From the NCBI RefSeq assembly GCF_009914755.1, contig NC_060940.1: 64,000 nucleotides of DNA; one strand, written 5' to 3'. The DNA is from the human T2T-CHM13v2.0 reference genome, Homo sapiens. Shown in pieces: positions 1 to 13,415 of the stretch (positions within the stretch are counted from its first letter, which is position 1; the number at the start of each line of letters is the position of its first letter). The translations under genes and the position numbers were made by a program. The notes under the pieces are model-generated. The model saw nothing but the letters and a program-made list of their open reading frames with translations, was not told the DNA's origin and ran no database searches.

Positions 1-131
1 TTTTTTTCCTTAGAGATGGGGTCTGGCACTTATGCTCAGGCTTGATATCAAAGTCTCGGGTTCAAGTGATCCTCCCACCTCTGTCTCCCAAATCACTGGG
101 CTATTAAAGGCATGAGCCACTGTACCCAGCT
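1..131 (-). mobile_element. Old Alu left monomer (FLAM/AluJ-like), cut by window edge
   Basis: Antisense Alu left arm: tagagatggggtct...ttcaagtgatcctcccacct...catgagccactgtacccagc. Confidence 0.85.
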
Positions 132-649
132 GATGCCCTTTACAGAAGCCCAATATTGTCATTTTAATGGGATTTTGAGAGGAAGAGAAAATATGTAGTA
201 TTTGTATATTCAATCTAACATATTTACCTGGAATTTACCTGTAACTGTTTTTTTACATAAATACAATAAAATAGTCACACTCGCACATCCCCAAATACAT
301 ATATGCAGTGTATGTGTAGAGAGGGAAAAGGAGTATTTTCAAAATATTTAGAAATTGTGTTGAGTCATGGTGTGGTACAAATATGAAGTTACTAGAAATC
401 ACATCATTTTTTAATATGGAACTTTATAGTCCGAAAAAGTTTATGATTTCTATGCTGTTGAATCGTAGAGCACACAAGTAAAAATAAAAATAAAACATAT
501 TAAAGGTTCACCCAGAGTGTGCCATCTGAAGTCAAACCGTGTGTTTTATCTGCAGCTCTTGTGTATTATGAAATACACAGTTTCATAAGGCATAATGTCA
601 GAGTATTTGTAGCTATCATTTTTAATTGTCATGGAATGTTTTATTGCAT

Positions 650-1041
650 TGTAGCTTAGTTCATTTTGTGCTGCTATAACAGAATATCTGAGACTGAGTA
701 ATTTATAAAGAACAGAGACTTATTTCTCATATTTCTGGAGGCTGGGAATTCCAACATTGAGGGGCCATATCTGGCTAGGGCCTTCTTACTGTATTATCCT
801 ATGGTGGAAGGGCAAAGAGAGGGCAAGAGAGAGTAAAAAGGGCCAGAGGATGAACTCATCATTTCATCAGGAACCCATTCCCATCATGAGGAACCATTCC
901 TGTGACCACAGCATCGATTCATTCATAGGAACAAAGTCCATATGACCTAATCGTGTCTTAAAGGTCACACTTCTCAACACTGTTGCACTGGGGATTAAGT
1001 TTTCAACTCATGAACTTTGGGTATATATTCAAACCATAGCA
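650..1041 (-). mobile_element. MaLR solo LTR (MSTC/MSTD/MLT1A-like)
   Basis: ttagttcattttgtgctgctataacagaatatctgagactgagtaatttataaagaacaga ... gggattaagttttcaactcatgaactttgg...ttcaaaccatagca matches antisense MST/MLT1A ends. Confidence 0.85.
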
Positions 1042-1214
1042 GATTGACATGCCATTATTAACTATTTCATCTCCATATTGTTTTCTTGCCATAAATAAAA
1101 CATGCAAATTATTGCACTACTGCTGCAGATTATCTATCCCTATTTTACTGTAAGTTCTACAGCATTTGGCATTATCATTTTAAGATCGTCTTATTTAGTG
1201 GTGATGCCTTTGTT

Positions 1215-1446
1215 TTATTTTTTATTTTTAAATTTTACTTTAAGTTCTGGGATACATGTGCAGAATGTGCAGTTTTGTTATATAGGTATACACACGCCAT
1301 GGTAGCTTGCTGCACCTATCAACCCATCATCTAGATTTTAAGCCCCGCATGCATTAGTACTTGTCCTAATGCTCTCCCTCCCCTTGCCCCTGATCCCCCG
1401 ACAGGCCCTGGTGTGTGATGTTTTCCTCCCTGTGTCCATGTGTTCT
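1215..1446 (-). mobile_element. L1PA (about PA7-PA10) 3' end, 5'-truncated
   Basis: T-rich tail then ttttactttaagttctgggatacatgtgcagaatgtgcag...gccctggtgtgtgatg...tccctgtgtccatgtgttct. Confidence 0.9.
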
Positions 1447-2540
1447 TGTGATTTTTAAATATTTTATTTCCAGCATTTACTGCAAAATTGTGTTTTCTAT
1501 TGTGGGGGATGTTTATATCATCTATTTTTACTAATTAGTTATGAGTTTCCTAACTGAATTGGAATGAACTCTCTTTCATTAGACAGATACTCATAGTGTG
1601 TTGCAGAGCTACAGAGGATGAGATTTGACTTTTGCTTTCTTTGAGTTCACAAGCTAGTGGAGTACAAGCTTTAACAAGCCCAAGAGTAGTGGTGTTGTCA
1701 TCAGGGAAGCACCAGCTAAGGATGCCATGTGCCTGTCTGGAGAACAGCATGGAGAGGGCATTCCAGGTTGATGGAAAAGGAGAATCAAAGACAGGAGGCA
1801 TATGCTTAGAAAATACAAGAAATTAAGACACTTACTGTCTTAATTTCTGACATGTGCTGCAAGTGGCATTTCTCATCTTTTTTACTTTGAAAACTATTTA
1901 ATAATTTTTCAATGCATGTATATAATCAAATTTGCTGACTAGACTTTTGGGTTGTTTTCATTTCTTTAAAAATCATTCCAACAGGTTCTGGGTCATCACG
2001 GTTGACTTGAACAAAAGTTTAATAAAATTGCCACAGCTAACACCTCTCCTTAGGGGCAGTAAGGCAAGCAAATAAAAAAATTGTAACCATAAGTTACTGA
2101 TAAAGAAGTATTTGATAAAGACAACATTGCATTAGAATTGTATTCTCACTGTGCCTCTCTGAAGGGTTTTGGCTGTTGTATGTTAAAACGGCAATTGGCT
2201 TTGCTGCTCATTATTCTGAGTAAAGATGTAGTCATTTGGCTTTTAATGACAGACATGGAATGTGTCTGCAGGGGCCAGATCTGGCTCCATTCCTGATCTA
2301 GAAATACTTTTAAAATACAGGACTTTAAAAATGCAGTGGTCTTTGTTATATCTTCTTGCAGTTAGATACAAGGAGTCACAATTTCTACCATACAACTCTG
2401 AGGGTTTGATTAATGTTTGGACAATATTTCTTTATTAAAACATATGTGAGTAAAAGGGATATAAGGATATGGCTCTTTTCTTCAGGAGTTTATAGACTAT
2501 TTAAGGTGAGCATATACTTAGATGACTGTATTCCGTCATC

Positions 2541-2660
2541 CACTTGCTTGTCTATTGCTCTCACTAGAGTGTAAGCTCCTTGAAGGCAGGAATTGTGTGT
2601 TACTCATTCTTGTGTCCATAATGCCTGGCATATAATGGAAGCTCAACAAATAGTTCGCTT
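2541..2660 (+). mobile_element. L2 3' end fragment
   Basis: cactagagtgtaagctccttgaaggcagga...tgcctggcatataatggaagctcaacaaata. Confidence 0.75.
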
Positions 2661-3329
2661 ATTATGTGGTTGAAAGGAGACATCTGTGTACGCACAGCTC
2701 TAGTCTTGCTGCTCTGTGTTTTCAACATGGGATAAACATGTGAGCATGTGGGGGATGAAGAGAGGATGGCCAGCTGGAAAGGATGAAAATAGGCTGCTAG
2801 AGGAGCCAGCTTGTGGGTGTGGGCTGTGGGAAAGCCTGGAGCATGCAGAAGTTGAGGGAAGGGTGGTTCAGGCAACAGAGGGAAAGGCAAAAATGAAAGT
2901 AGAGCAGTGAGTCCCAGCAACAGTGAGCAGCTCTGAGGAGGGGGAATCATTGGGTATAGGGAGGAGAAAAAAGGGGAATCAGGGAGCAGGTGCCTAAGTT
3001 CTGCAGTGCTATCAATAAAGCTAAGGGATGTTAGACTACTTTCAGTAGGCAATATGAAAGCATCCCCATTCTAAAAATAAACCAGAAGCAGAGGACTGGC
3101 ATCCTCAGATTTACACTTTTGAGAACTCATTCTAGTGGCAGTGTAGGCAGAGAGAGGGAAAGGGAAACCTGGGGAGAGGGAAGCTGATCATCGAGCTGTT
3201 GTGATGCTATATGTGAAACTAAAATAAGGCAGGTGCCTGGACTATGTGCTGAAAATACAATCCTAAGCAGACAGACAGATACCTTATCTGCATGAGAACG
3301 CAATTACAAGCTGCGATGAGAGCAATGAG

Positions 3330-4040
3330 GTCTGATCCAGCATAGGGGGTTGCTAAAAAGGTTTCAATAAGAGCTGAATGTGTGACTCGAGGCCTGATGA
3401 TCAGACTTGTGCTTATTTGATGAAAAGGGTTTGCAGAGGATGAGGGTAGTGGAGGAGGATACCAGGCACAGTGGGGAGCCTGAAGAAAAGCCTTCTCTTA
3501 GTGGGGAACACAGAACATTTTGTGAATGCCGTACCAAGTTCCGGGTGGCTGAAAGCATTGAGTGGAGGAATGCTTGCTGAAGACAGCAACAGAGCCAGGC
3601 CAGATCAAGCATGGCCAACCGTGGTGAAGAAGTATTGAATTGTTTCAAGCAGAGAGGAGGATACTACCAGATGGTTATTTGAAATGCTCATTCTGGATTT
3701 TTTTTCTTGAAAATTGATTGTAAAGAGCAAGAGGTTGTATGGATACACCAGTTAGGTGGCCACTAAAGGTAAGAGGTGATGGTTGCTGCTCAGACCAGAC
3801 AGTTGTTGAAGTGAAAGAATTCCACAATTCGTTAGGAGATTGATGGCTCATGAAAGTTAGAAGTGATTACTAGTGCCATTTGCTCTAATAGAAAACGCAA
3901 AAAAGAGACCAGATTTTGAAATTTAGTGTGGGGAAGACAACAAATTTGATTTTGGACATGGCAATTTTGAGGTGGATTTGAGAGATTTGATAAGCAGAAA
4001 CATAAATAGATCTGAATTTTGGAGTACATATAAACTTTAG
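3330..4040 (-). mobile_element. Degenerate L2 fragment(s)
   Basis: Antisense L2 motifs such as gccagatca, caagcagagaggagga, ccagttagg, ttttggacatg...tttgaggt; bounds approximate. Confidence 0.55.
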
Positions 4041-4340
4041 TCATTAACTTAGGATAACCCAAGTCCTCAAGGCTCTCTCTTCTCTAGGAAATTAGGAAGG
4101 ACATACACATGCATGTAGTAAAGGCAGAGCATCCCAGCATAGAGTCCAGAGGAGCTCCGAGGAGAATGGAAGCTTGTAGGGGCATAGGGGAGCTGCTTCA
4201 TATTTTCAAGACTCTCACTGCAATAGGGAACTTAGGTAACCAGGCTTGTTCTCCCACACCAAAGAGAAGACTGGAAACTCATGGAAGTGGTGACATTCCC
4301 CTAAGGCACACATTCCAGGCTGAGCATTTAAATCAGTTGA

Positions 4341-4793
<453 letters not shown>

Positions 4794-4800
4794 TTACTTC

Positions 4801-5308
4801 TGGAAGGCAGGATAATGCACAGAACACACCACCCCTTTCTCCAAGATGCCCACCATCTTAATTCAAAAAACTGAATTTGTCACCTTGCATGGAAAAAGGA
4901 ACTTTGCATATGCAATTAAGGGCCTTGACATGAATAAATTATCCTGTTGGACCCAATCTGGTTACATGGGTTCTTAAAAGTGGAAGATGTTTCCTGGTTG
5001 TGGTCAGAAGGAAATGTGACCATGGAAGAAGGGTCAGAGGGATGCAATGTTGCTGACTTTGAAGATCGGAAAAAAAATGAACTGTGAGCCAAAAAATGTT
5101 AGCAGCCCCTAGAAACAGGAAAAAACAAGGACATAGATTCTCCCCAAATGCCTCCAGAAGGAATGCAACCTTGCCGACAACTTGCTTTTAGCCCAGTTCA
5201 TCCTGTTTGGGACCTCTAACCTTCAAAATGTTAAGACAATAAATTTGTGTTGTTTTAAGTCATCAGGTTTGTGGCAATTTGTTATAGCAGCAACAGAAAA
5301 CTAATACA
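4801..5308 (+). mobile_element. MLT1D-like MaLR solo LTR
   Basis: ggaaaaaggaactttgca...ctttgaagat...gattctcccc...cctccagaaggaatgca...aataaatttgtgttgttttaag...tttgttatagcagcaacagaaaactaataca. Confidence 0.85.
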
Positions 5309-5629
5309 TCTTATAGGAAGAAGCCTACATTTGAAGTTGTATGGTGGGCTCAGCAGGAATCATCTGACTCAGGACGGCCAAGCAGTTGGGACCTAAATTT
5401 AGGTGAGTGTGTCCAGTGAAGCAGTGACCCCAGGCCTGCCACACTGCAGCAGCCACTTATTCTCATAGGAGTCAGTTTACTCCTTGGAGCTGCTGTACAG
5501 ATGGCATCTGCTTTCACCTGAGTGATACATCTGGAGCATAAACACTCAGGCACATACCATCATCACCAAAACAGAATAACCTGCCAATAAGCAGGGTTGA
5601 GAAGGCTGCACCAAGATATCAACAGCTGA

Positions 5630-5939
<310 letters not shown>

Positions 5940-5994
5940 TTAAAAGTGGTTGTAGATACCGAATAGTGGCAAAAATAAATGATAGGTAGGCGGG

Positions 5995-5996
<2 letters not shown>

Positions 5997-6032
<36 letters not shown>
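5997..6032 (+). repeat. (GATA)9 tetranucleotide microsatellite
   Basis: Perfect gata x9 at the end of the MLT2 LTR. Confidence 0.95.
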
Positions 6033-6033
<1 letters not shown>

Positions 6034-6390
6034 AGAAAATATGGAATTTGTTCACACAATTATGGAAGCTGACACATCCCATGAAGTCCAGTAGGCAAGC
6101 TGAAAACCCAAAAAGGCCAATGGTGCAAGTTAGAGTTCCAGGACATAGAAAGACCAATGTCCCAGCTTAAAGACAGTCAGACAAGGAAAGCACATTTCTC
6201 CCTTACTCAGCGTTTAATGGATTGGATGAGTGTCACCCACACTGGGGAGGGCCATCTACTTTACTCAGTCTACCAATTCTAATATCAATCTCCTTCAGAA
6301 ACACACTCATGGACTCACCCAGAATGATGTTTAACCAAATATCTGGGCAGCCATGGCCCAGTCAAGTTAACACAGAAAATTAACCATCAT
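6033..6390 (-). mobile_element. MLT2 (ERVL) solo LTR, MLT2B-like
   Basis: aatggattggatgag...ctactttactcagtctacc...tttaaccaaatatctgggca...ggcccagtcaagttaacacagaaaattaaccatca = antisense MLT2 5' end. Confidence 0.85.
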
Positions 6391-7129
6391 AGATAGACAG
6401 ATAAACTGATAGAGATAATCAGAGGCATCCTTTCAATTAAGATCACCCATTTTCCAAACTGAACAAAGCTAAAATTCTTGGAGTAAGAAAGAAAATAATA
6501 GCAATCAAGAATTGCTGCACTTTGCTTGATTTTGCACAAAAAGGAATGGCTATAGGCACCATGGTTGGAAGGACATTCTGTCCTCATTCATTGCTTGAAC
6601 AACACCAATTGCCAGTAGCCAATCATGAAATGACAGAGATTAGAAGACAGTGCGAAGTGCTCTTAGCTTATCTGTGCATGTATTTTGTTGATGGTGTTTG
6701 CTTGCTCTCTCATTTTTTATCATTGGTTTTGGAGAGGTGTACCTCCCAAAGCCACAGTTTTTCCTCCTTTTCTACTTTGAGCTCTATCCTGAGCCCCAAC
6801 TTAAACTCCACTGGTGTCCTCCCATGATCAATGCTGGAAAGCATTGACCCATGAAGCAGTACTGTGTCCTGTTGGATCCCATCCTGGGAAGGCAGAGTGA
6901 ATCCATAATAATGCGATATCCTACTGCATGTGTTTTTCTACAGTCCTCTGTGGTACAGACTTCTGACTTTTGTTTCTTTTTTTTTTTTCCCAGAATGGAA
7001 TAATTAATTTAAAACACTTTCTCTTGCTCACATTGGTCATTTTTATAAAAACCTATGTGTCAGGACATTTAAGACACTCCTCTTTACCAGGGGTGAAGGT
7101 AGGAAGGAACAAAGCCAGTAAAACAGAAG

Positions 7130-7910
7130 ATAACCCTGGGCACCACATATATAAAGATTTCATACAAACAAATAAAGAAAACAAAACAAAAACTAGCACC
7201 CAAATAGGCAAGTAATGGACATGAAAAAAATCCATGAAACAGGAGTTAGAAATGACTAACACATACATGGGGTAAGGAAGATTTTCAAACTATCTAATAA
7301 AAATAAAAAAGAAGGCAACTGAAAAAACGAAAGGCAATTTTTCACCCATTTAATTAACACACATTAAAAACTTAAAAGGCAGGAGACAGGAGAAAATGAT
7401 GTTTGAAAGAGTTTGGCTTAACTTACTTTCTTGCATTGCTCTGGGAAGTGTTAATTAACACAACCCTTTTAGGAACAATTGAGCAATATGTGTCATGGGT
7501 CTTTAAGACATTCTGACCTTTTGACCTGTTAATTTTACTTCCAGGATACAACCAAAAATGAAATAATCCTGAATAACACAGAAAGTTCATGTAAAAAGTA
7601 CTTCATTAAAATTATATTTATGATTGTGATACATTGAAAATAACTTCTACATCCAAATAATTCAAGTTGTATCTATGAAGAGTGTTTTAAAAACCAATTT
7701 TTGTCATTGTCAAATTCAAGATATAATTTTGTAATGAAAAACTTCATTGAAATATGCATACAAAGAAAGTATGAGAATTATACAACTACTTTATAAAACA
7801 AGTGGAATTATGAGTGATTATGCTTCTTTTTTACTTTTTTATTTTTGAAATTTTACAAAGGGGATCTATTGTACTGTAATAATCAGGAGGAAATTTTATT
7901 TAAAACAAAA
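7130..7910 (+). mobile_element. Old L1M (L1ME/L1MC-like) 3' fragment
   Basis: Degenerate L1 3' ORF2/UTR motifs (ttttcacccat, caaccctttt, gacctgttaattttacttccagga); bounds approximate. Confidence 0.55.
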
Positions 7911-8457
7911 ACTTGGAATAAATTGTGAAGTTCCTATATGAAAAATCACTAAAGAGCACCCTCACCCCCTACCACCCCCTGAAATCAAACAAACAAACAA
8001 ATGAACAACAACAACACAAAAAAAAAAAAACCTATGGCTTAAGTAGTTGGTCTGAAATTTGAGGACATTTAGTCGTGCCACTCGACTCCCACCCCAAAGA
8101 TGTAACCCTAGACCCGTTAGGCATTTATAATCTGACAGCACTAAGGAGGTCTCTGAAATCCCTCCTGTCCCAACAGGAGGGAAGCAAAGTCGTTTTAGAG
8201 GAGAATAAGTTCAGATTGGATGAGAGTAAATTACAATCATTGCCAAAGCAAACTGTGTCAGAATTACAGGTGATGAAAGTCCGATACACCTCAAACCAAA
8301 TTTTGAACAAATGAAGACAGAAGGAATTTTCTGCAATTAGCCTATCAACTCCTCTCAAGGTATGTTAACTCCATGAGAGCACAGGCCTTTCCTGTCTGGA
8401 TGACATTTGTAATATCTGATCTCTGGCATGTACAAAGGGCTCAAGAAATATGTGGTG

Positions 8458-8718
8458 GGCTGAGTGAGGTGGATCGTGCCTATAATCAGCACTTTGGGAG
8501 ACAAAGCTGGGAGGATCACTTGAGCCCAGGAGTTTAAAACCAACCTGGGCAACATAGCAAGACCCTATCTCTACAAAAATAAATACAAAAATTAGCCAGG
8601 TGTGGTGGCCTGCACCTGTAGTCCCAGCTACTCAGGAAGCTGAGACAGAAGGTTGCTTGGGTCCAGGAGTTTGACTGTGCCACTGCACTCCAGCCTCAGT
8701 GACAGAGCTAGACCTTGT
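8458..8718 (+). mobile_element. AluJ (Jo-like) inserted into an L2 tail
   Basis: ggaggatcacttgagcccaggagtt...ctgggcaacatagcaagaccct; atgtggtg repeated at 8450 and 9055 (TSD). Confidence 0.9.
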
Positions 8719-9054
8719 GAAAGACAGGCAGACAGAAAGAAAGGAAGAAAGAGAGAGAGAGAAAAAGAGGGAGGGAAGAAAGGAGGGAGGATGCAAAGAA
8801 GGAAGGAAGTAAGAGAGGGAGGATGGAAGGAAGGAAGGGAGGGAGGGAGGAAGGAAGGAAGGAAGGACGGGGAGGGAGGGAGGGAGATAGGGGAGGGAGG
8901 GAGGGAGGAAGGAAGGAAGGAAGGATGGGGAGGGAGGGAGGGAGATAGGGGAGGGAGGGAGGGAGGGAGGAAGGAAGGAAGGATGGGGAGGGAGGGAGGG
9001 AGATGGGGGGGGAGGGAGGGAGGAAGGGATAGAGAGATAATGAGAGAGACAGAG
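8719..9054 (+). repeat. Polypurine (GGAA)n/(GGAG)n low-complexity repeat derived from the Alu tail
   Basis: About 330 bp almost purely A/G with a higher-order unit ggaaggaaggaagga(t/c)ggggagggagggagggagata. Confidence 0.95.
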
Positions 9055-9079
9055 ATGTGGTGAATGAATAAATAAACTC

Positions 9080-9865
9080 AGTTGCTTCAGCCAGAAACCT
9101 AGGAGACTTCTTCAGTTTTCTATAGCCTTGACCCCATGACCAATCCGTCCTTTTGGTTCCTTCTTAAAATATATCCCCAGTTGTCCGCTTCGGCCCCTTC
9201 CACTGCCCATTCCTCACTCCAGGCCATGCTCTCTCTTTTCTGGAAAACTTTTAACAGCCTCCCCTCAGCTTTTCTTTCTCTAGTCCTCTTCCTAGGCATT
9301 GTCCACCAACCAGCCAGATTTGATCTCAAAGCCCGATCAAATCATGTCACTCTGCCACTTGGCTTCAAAGTTTCCAACTGTTCCCGCTCCTGATCGTGGT
9401 CCTCAGTCACAGCTGTAACTGCCACTTCCTATTTCCTCCGAACTCTCAACTCATGCCACTTGCGTATTCATCATCATGCTGCGATCACATCCTTCTGCTT
9501 CCAGTTCCCCCAGTTTACTCAATTTCCAACCTCCTTCCCACCTCAAGCCCATTTAAATGTTCCCACTGCCCAGAATACACTTTCTTCCACTCAGGTTTCA
9601 GCTTAAATAATCTGTCTTCAAAGACACCTTTCTTGTCCAAATATTTAAAGAAGACTTCCTTGTTATCTTCCGTAGATTTCACTTTTATTTTTGCTTTGTA
9701 CAGCACTTATGATAATTTGTTATTAGTTATATATTTATCTATCCGTCTGTTTCTCCCACCTGACACCTCATGAGAACAGGGACTATTATCAGTATTGTCT
9801 ACTGTTGCATCCCAATGTGTTAGGTGTAGAGCTGTTCACGTCCATTTGCTATATGAATGAATGAG
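9080..9865 (+). mobile_element. L2 3' region
   Basis: ccagaaacctagga...aacagcctcc...atcatgtcactct...cagcacttat...catgagaacagggact...tgaatgaatga. Confidence 0.75.
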
Positions 9866-11644
9866 CTCTTATAAGCTGTGCATTAAGAACAGGCAGTTCA
9901 CGTCCATTTGCTATATGAACGAATGAGCTCCTAAAGAAAGAAGTGATGGACAACACAGGTTTATTGAATGAGTAGTGGATGGGATGGACCAGCATGGAGC
10001 TAGCAGGCAGTTTTTTTTTTTTTAAATGAGAAAGCAATAATAAAACTAGCACTAAACTGCAACAGCCCATCTGACCAGACTCTTTCATCAACTCACATGG
10101 AAGGCATGAAGAGCAGAGCATCATTATAAGGACTTCAAGTACAAATGGAAGATGATGTACGCCAAACCGTTTTACTAACGTTATGTAATTCATTAGTGTG
10201 AATTCTCTCTGTGTTAAATATATATATAAGCTTATACTTTTAATTTTCAGTAATTCTCACCAATTTTTGTCTGTTTGTGGGCACAATATTCTGAAACTTA
10301 AGAAGACTATTGGACCAAAAAGGATCAGACAGTGAGGCTGGTGCCCACAATGAATAAAGCAGGCAAGATCTACCTTTCCAGATTGGTCTAAAAAGAGCCT
10401 GTTTACATGTCGGGGGCAGATTATCCCTTAAGAGAACACAGATGGCAGAGGAGAGACACTGCAGGATGATGCACCCAACATGTGGGGAAAGTAATTATAA
10501 AGGGATTTAAGACCGTGGCAGAAACAGAGAGGTTAAGTCTCAATCCCTTCTGTGGTGTATTAAATGGCAAAATAAAAAAGCTTTGGAACATCAAACTAAA
10601 CTCATCTGGCAAATTGTTTTTGGAAAGAGATGGGTTTGTGCATTTGGACTCTTGTCAGCTGTGTAAACACACTATTATCTAGCAGGTTATCATCGAGGTT
10701 CTCTAAACACCGTGAAGGCTCACTGTACCTGCCCACTGGCCCAGCATAGCCTGGAAGAGAGCTGTCCTCCTAGGTGGCCTTGAAAGTTACTATCTCCACA
10801 ATGGAGCACATCACCACCATTTGCTTTATGTTCACAATGACCTTTTCTGGTGGGAATCCAGCCCAGAGAAGCACGGTTTTCCAGAAGAATGAAGGGTTGG
10901 TTGACAACCCTGACTGAATGGTAGGATAAAAAAAAGATGGTCTGCTGGCTGCATAATCATTCTGTTTTCTTTTTTAGGTTCCCCAATTATGTTAATTCAG
11001 AAACTGTATCTATTAATTGCCCAATTAGACATCTGGTAATCACTCTCTACAGAAATATCCCAAATCATAGTGGCAAGAGCTGGGTGCACTATTTTATTGT
11101 ATCACAAATAAAAATCTAATTTAGATTTAATAAAAACTAATTCCAGCTAATTTAATACCAATTGATCATTAATGGGGTGCATTTTGTGGTTTATCAAGTA
11201 TATAAGAAGGGTATATAATTAACTGGAAATGGTGTCCACAAGGTTATAATTAAATCCTTGGCAACTTTTAACTTTCAGCAAATGTTTTACCACTTAATTA
11301 ACATTTCAGAAGATGATTTATATATGATTTATTAAATGCCGATTGCACAGGGTGCTGGGACAACTAATCATGTAGTGATGAAGCCTCCTATTTACAAAAG
11401 GTCTCTTCTTTTGAGCTAAGTAAATATCTTCTTGTGGAGTAAATAAGATGTCTACATATCTTTTTCATAAAAATTAATAATCAATTATGGACTAAAGTAA
11501 TTGGATTATTTTAATATTCTAGTGCTGGCATTGTATTCACAGTAATTTTATTTTTATTTAACAGAGACTCAGAGAGTCAGATAGAATAACGAAGAAAAAG
11601 AGTTTGCTTGATTTTTCTCAACTTCCTTCGCTGAAATCTAAGCA

Positions 11645-11750
11645 CCACTTCCATTAGACTAGAAGAGGCAAGAGGGCAGGGACCATGCCTGTATTCTTCA
11701 CTGCTGCACCTTCAGCTCTTTGCACATAGTCGGCAACTAGTGAATGACTA
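11645..11750 (+). mobile_element. L2 3' end fragment
   Basis: ttagactagaag...gagggcagggaccatgcctg...gcacatagt. Confidence 0.6.
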
Positions 11751-12039
11751 CCTGTTACAGAGATGAAGACAGTTACTGTAAGGAGCACAGAGCTGAGAAG
11801 GTGGTAGAATCCATGAAATTAAACCATCTCAGTTTACATTCAAAATTCCCTATCTTCTAAAGTTGGCTACAATGAATACTGTATGTACTGATTTATAGTT
11901 TGATTTAACACATAAAATGGAAGTACTGTTATGAGATTTAAAGAAGATACTGCATGTGAAGGACCCAGTGGAGTAAACACTGAATACATGTTGGCCAAGC
12001 TCCATCTCCTATGTGGCATTCATCACAATTAAAATTTCC

Positions 12040-12220
12040 CATTGATTTGGGTGATAATCTGTCTTTCTTTCCCAACCAGATCAGAAGCTCCACGAAGGCA
12101 GGACTGGGATACCGTGGTGAGCAAATCTAGCTTTGCTCACCTGGTATCCCAGAACACACTAGGATGATTGCAACCTTGGCCTCCAGTGAATATGTGCTTA
12201 ACCGACGAATGGATGAATGA
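12040..12220 (+). mobile_element. L2 3' end fragment
   Basis: aagctccacgaaggcaggga...gtatcccag...gaatggatgaatga. Confidence 0.55.
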
Positions 12221-13290
12221 AGACACTAGCCTTATTTGTTACTAAAATTGCCTAACATAGTTGGCCCTCCAATCCTGTGTTCTTCAAAAGATGAAAAGAA
12301 AACCAGAACTCAAATCATGGTTTGTTGCTTATGAAATGAACCATTGCGTGTTAAAAATTGTGGCAGTTTGTTCCCCACAGCAGGGCAAGTCCCCACAGGA
12401 CCCCTGGCCTCAGGTTCTACCTTCAGCCTTCTGACAGAACTCCAGTAATTGTGCAGTTGTGGTCTTCCAGCATTCTGAGCTGCCTTTGTGCTCCCAATAT
12501 AGTCGTCAGAGCTTATTGGAGCATCATTTCCCTACAAATATCTCAATATGGTCCCATGCCAAGCCTGGTCCTGCAGGGACCATCTCATTTGCATCTGAAG
12601 GTATCAAAATCTTGCTGAGCAAGTGCCTTCTACCCCAAACATCTTTCGAGATACGAGCTCAGCACCCTTTTAACGTGAGACTTCTCGCTTTCCCTGAGGC
12701 CTGTTCTGGGAAGGTGAGCTATATTAAACTTGCTGCCATAATGTTTGGGCTTATTGATTTTTTAAAAATAGTTGGCACCAAACATCCAAAAGGCAGTTTA
12801 AAAAAATCAAAGGGGGAAAGAAACAAGAAGGGAAAAATATGCAGTCTACTGCAGCATTTAGCAATGTCCACTGTGGTAGGCATTTCCAAGTGTGTACGCT
12901 TCAAGATGTAACAAAACCAGGGCTCTTTCCTTGATGGTCTTTTAAAATGAAGGTGACAGCTTAAGGCCATAAGCAACAGCAAAAAGAGGAAAGCAAGTTC
13001 ATTGTTTTATACAGCCAGGCCAGTGCTTGGCTGACTTGAGGAAAGCAGAAAACAAACTTAGGTGAGATTCCTTGCAAGTAAGGATTCTCTTCTGCTATTA
13101 GTTCTGGCAACCTCTAAAATTTGACAGCCAGATTCATTATGGGAATCTTGAGGTCTGCAATATTACCACAAATTCAAAGGAGCTGTTCACACAGTTGCCT
13201 TTTGAGGTTGCAGGATCAAGTTTGCTCATCGATTAGATTTAGCCTTTCTGAGCCGAGTGCAGGAAACGTTGAGGGGGATTTTTTTTTTTT

Positions 13291-13389
13291 GGTGTATAAC
13301 ATAACTACATTTATTTAAGAATGTATTCCAATATGAACAGCAAATTTCAACAATGCAAAAACTGCAATTATGTTTGCACTAACCTAATA
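13291..13389 (-). mobile_element. Hsmar1 (mariner) 5' end including TIR, inside an L1 transduction
   Basis: Reverse complement tattaggttagtgcaaacataattgcagtttttgcattgttgaaatttgctgttcatattggaatacattcttaaataaatgtagttatgttatacacc matches the first ~100 nt of Hsmar1. Confidence 0.85.
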
Positions 13390-13415
13390 GTATCTTATTG
13401 TTGTTTCAATGTGCA

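Noticed and set aside
2600-3052. 150-aa minus-strand ORF, and the 150-aa ORF at 12459-12911
   Set aside because: No recognisable domain or homolog, compositionally biased or partly repeat-derived; consistent with chance ORFs.
8653-9063. 136-aa G/R/E/K-rich ORF
   Set aside because: Translation of the Alu end plus the polypurine repeat.
9834-9930. CRISPR-like repeat-spacer-repeat appearance
   Set aside because: Only two copies, human context, no cas genes; a local duplication.
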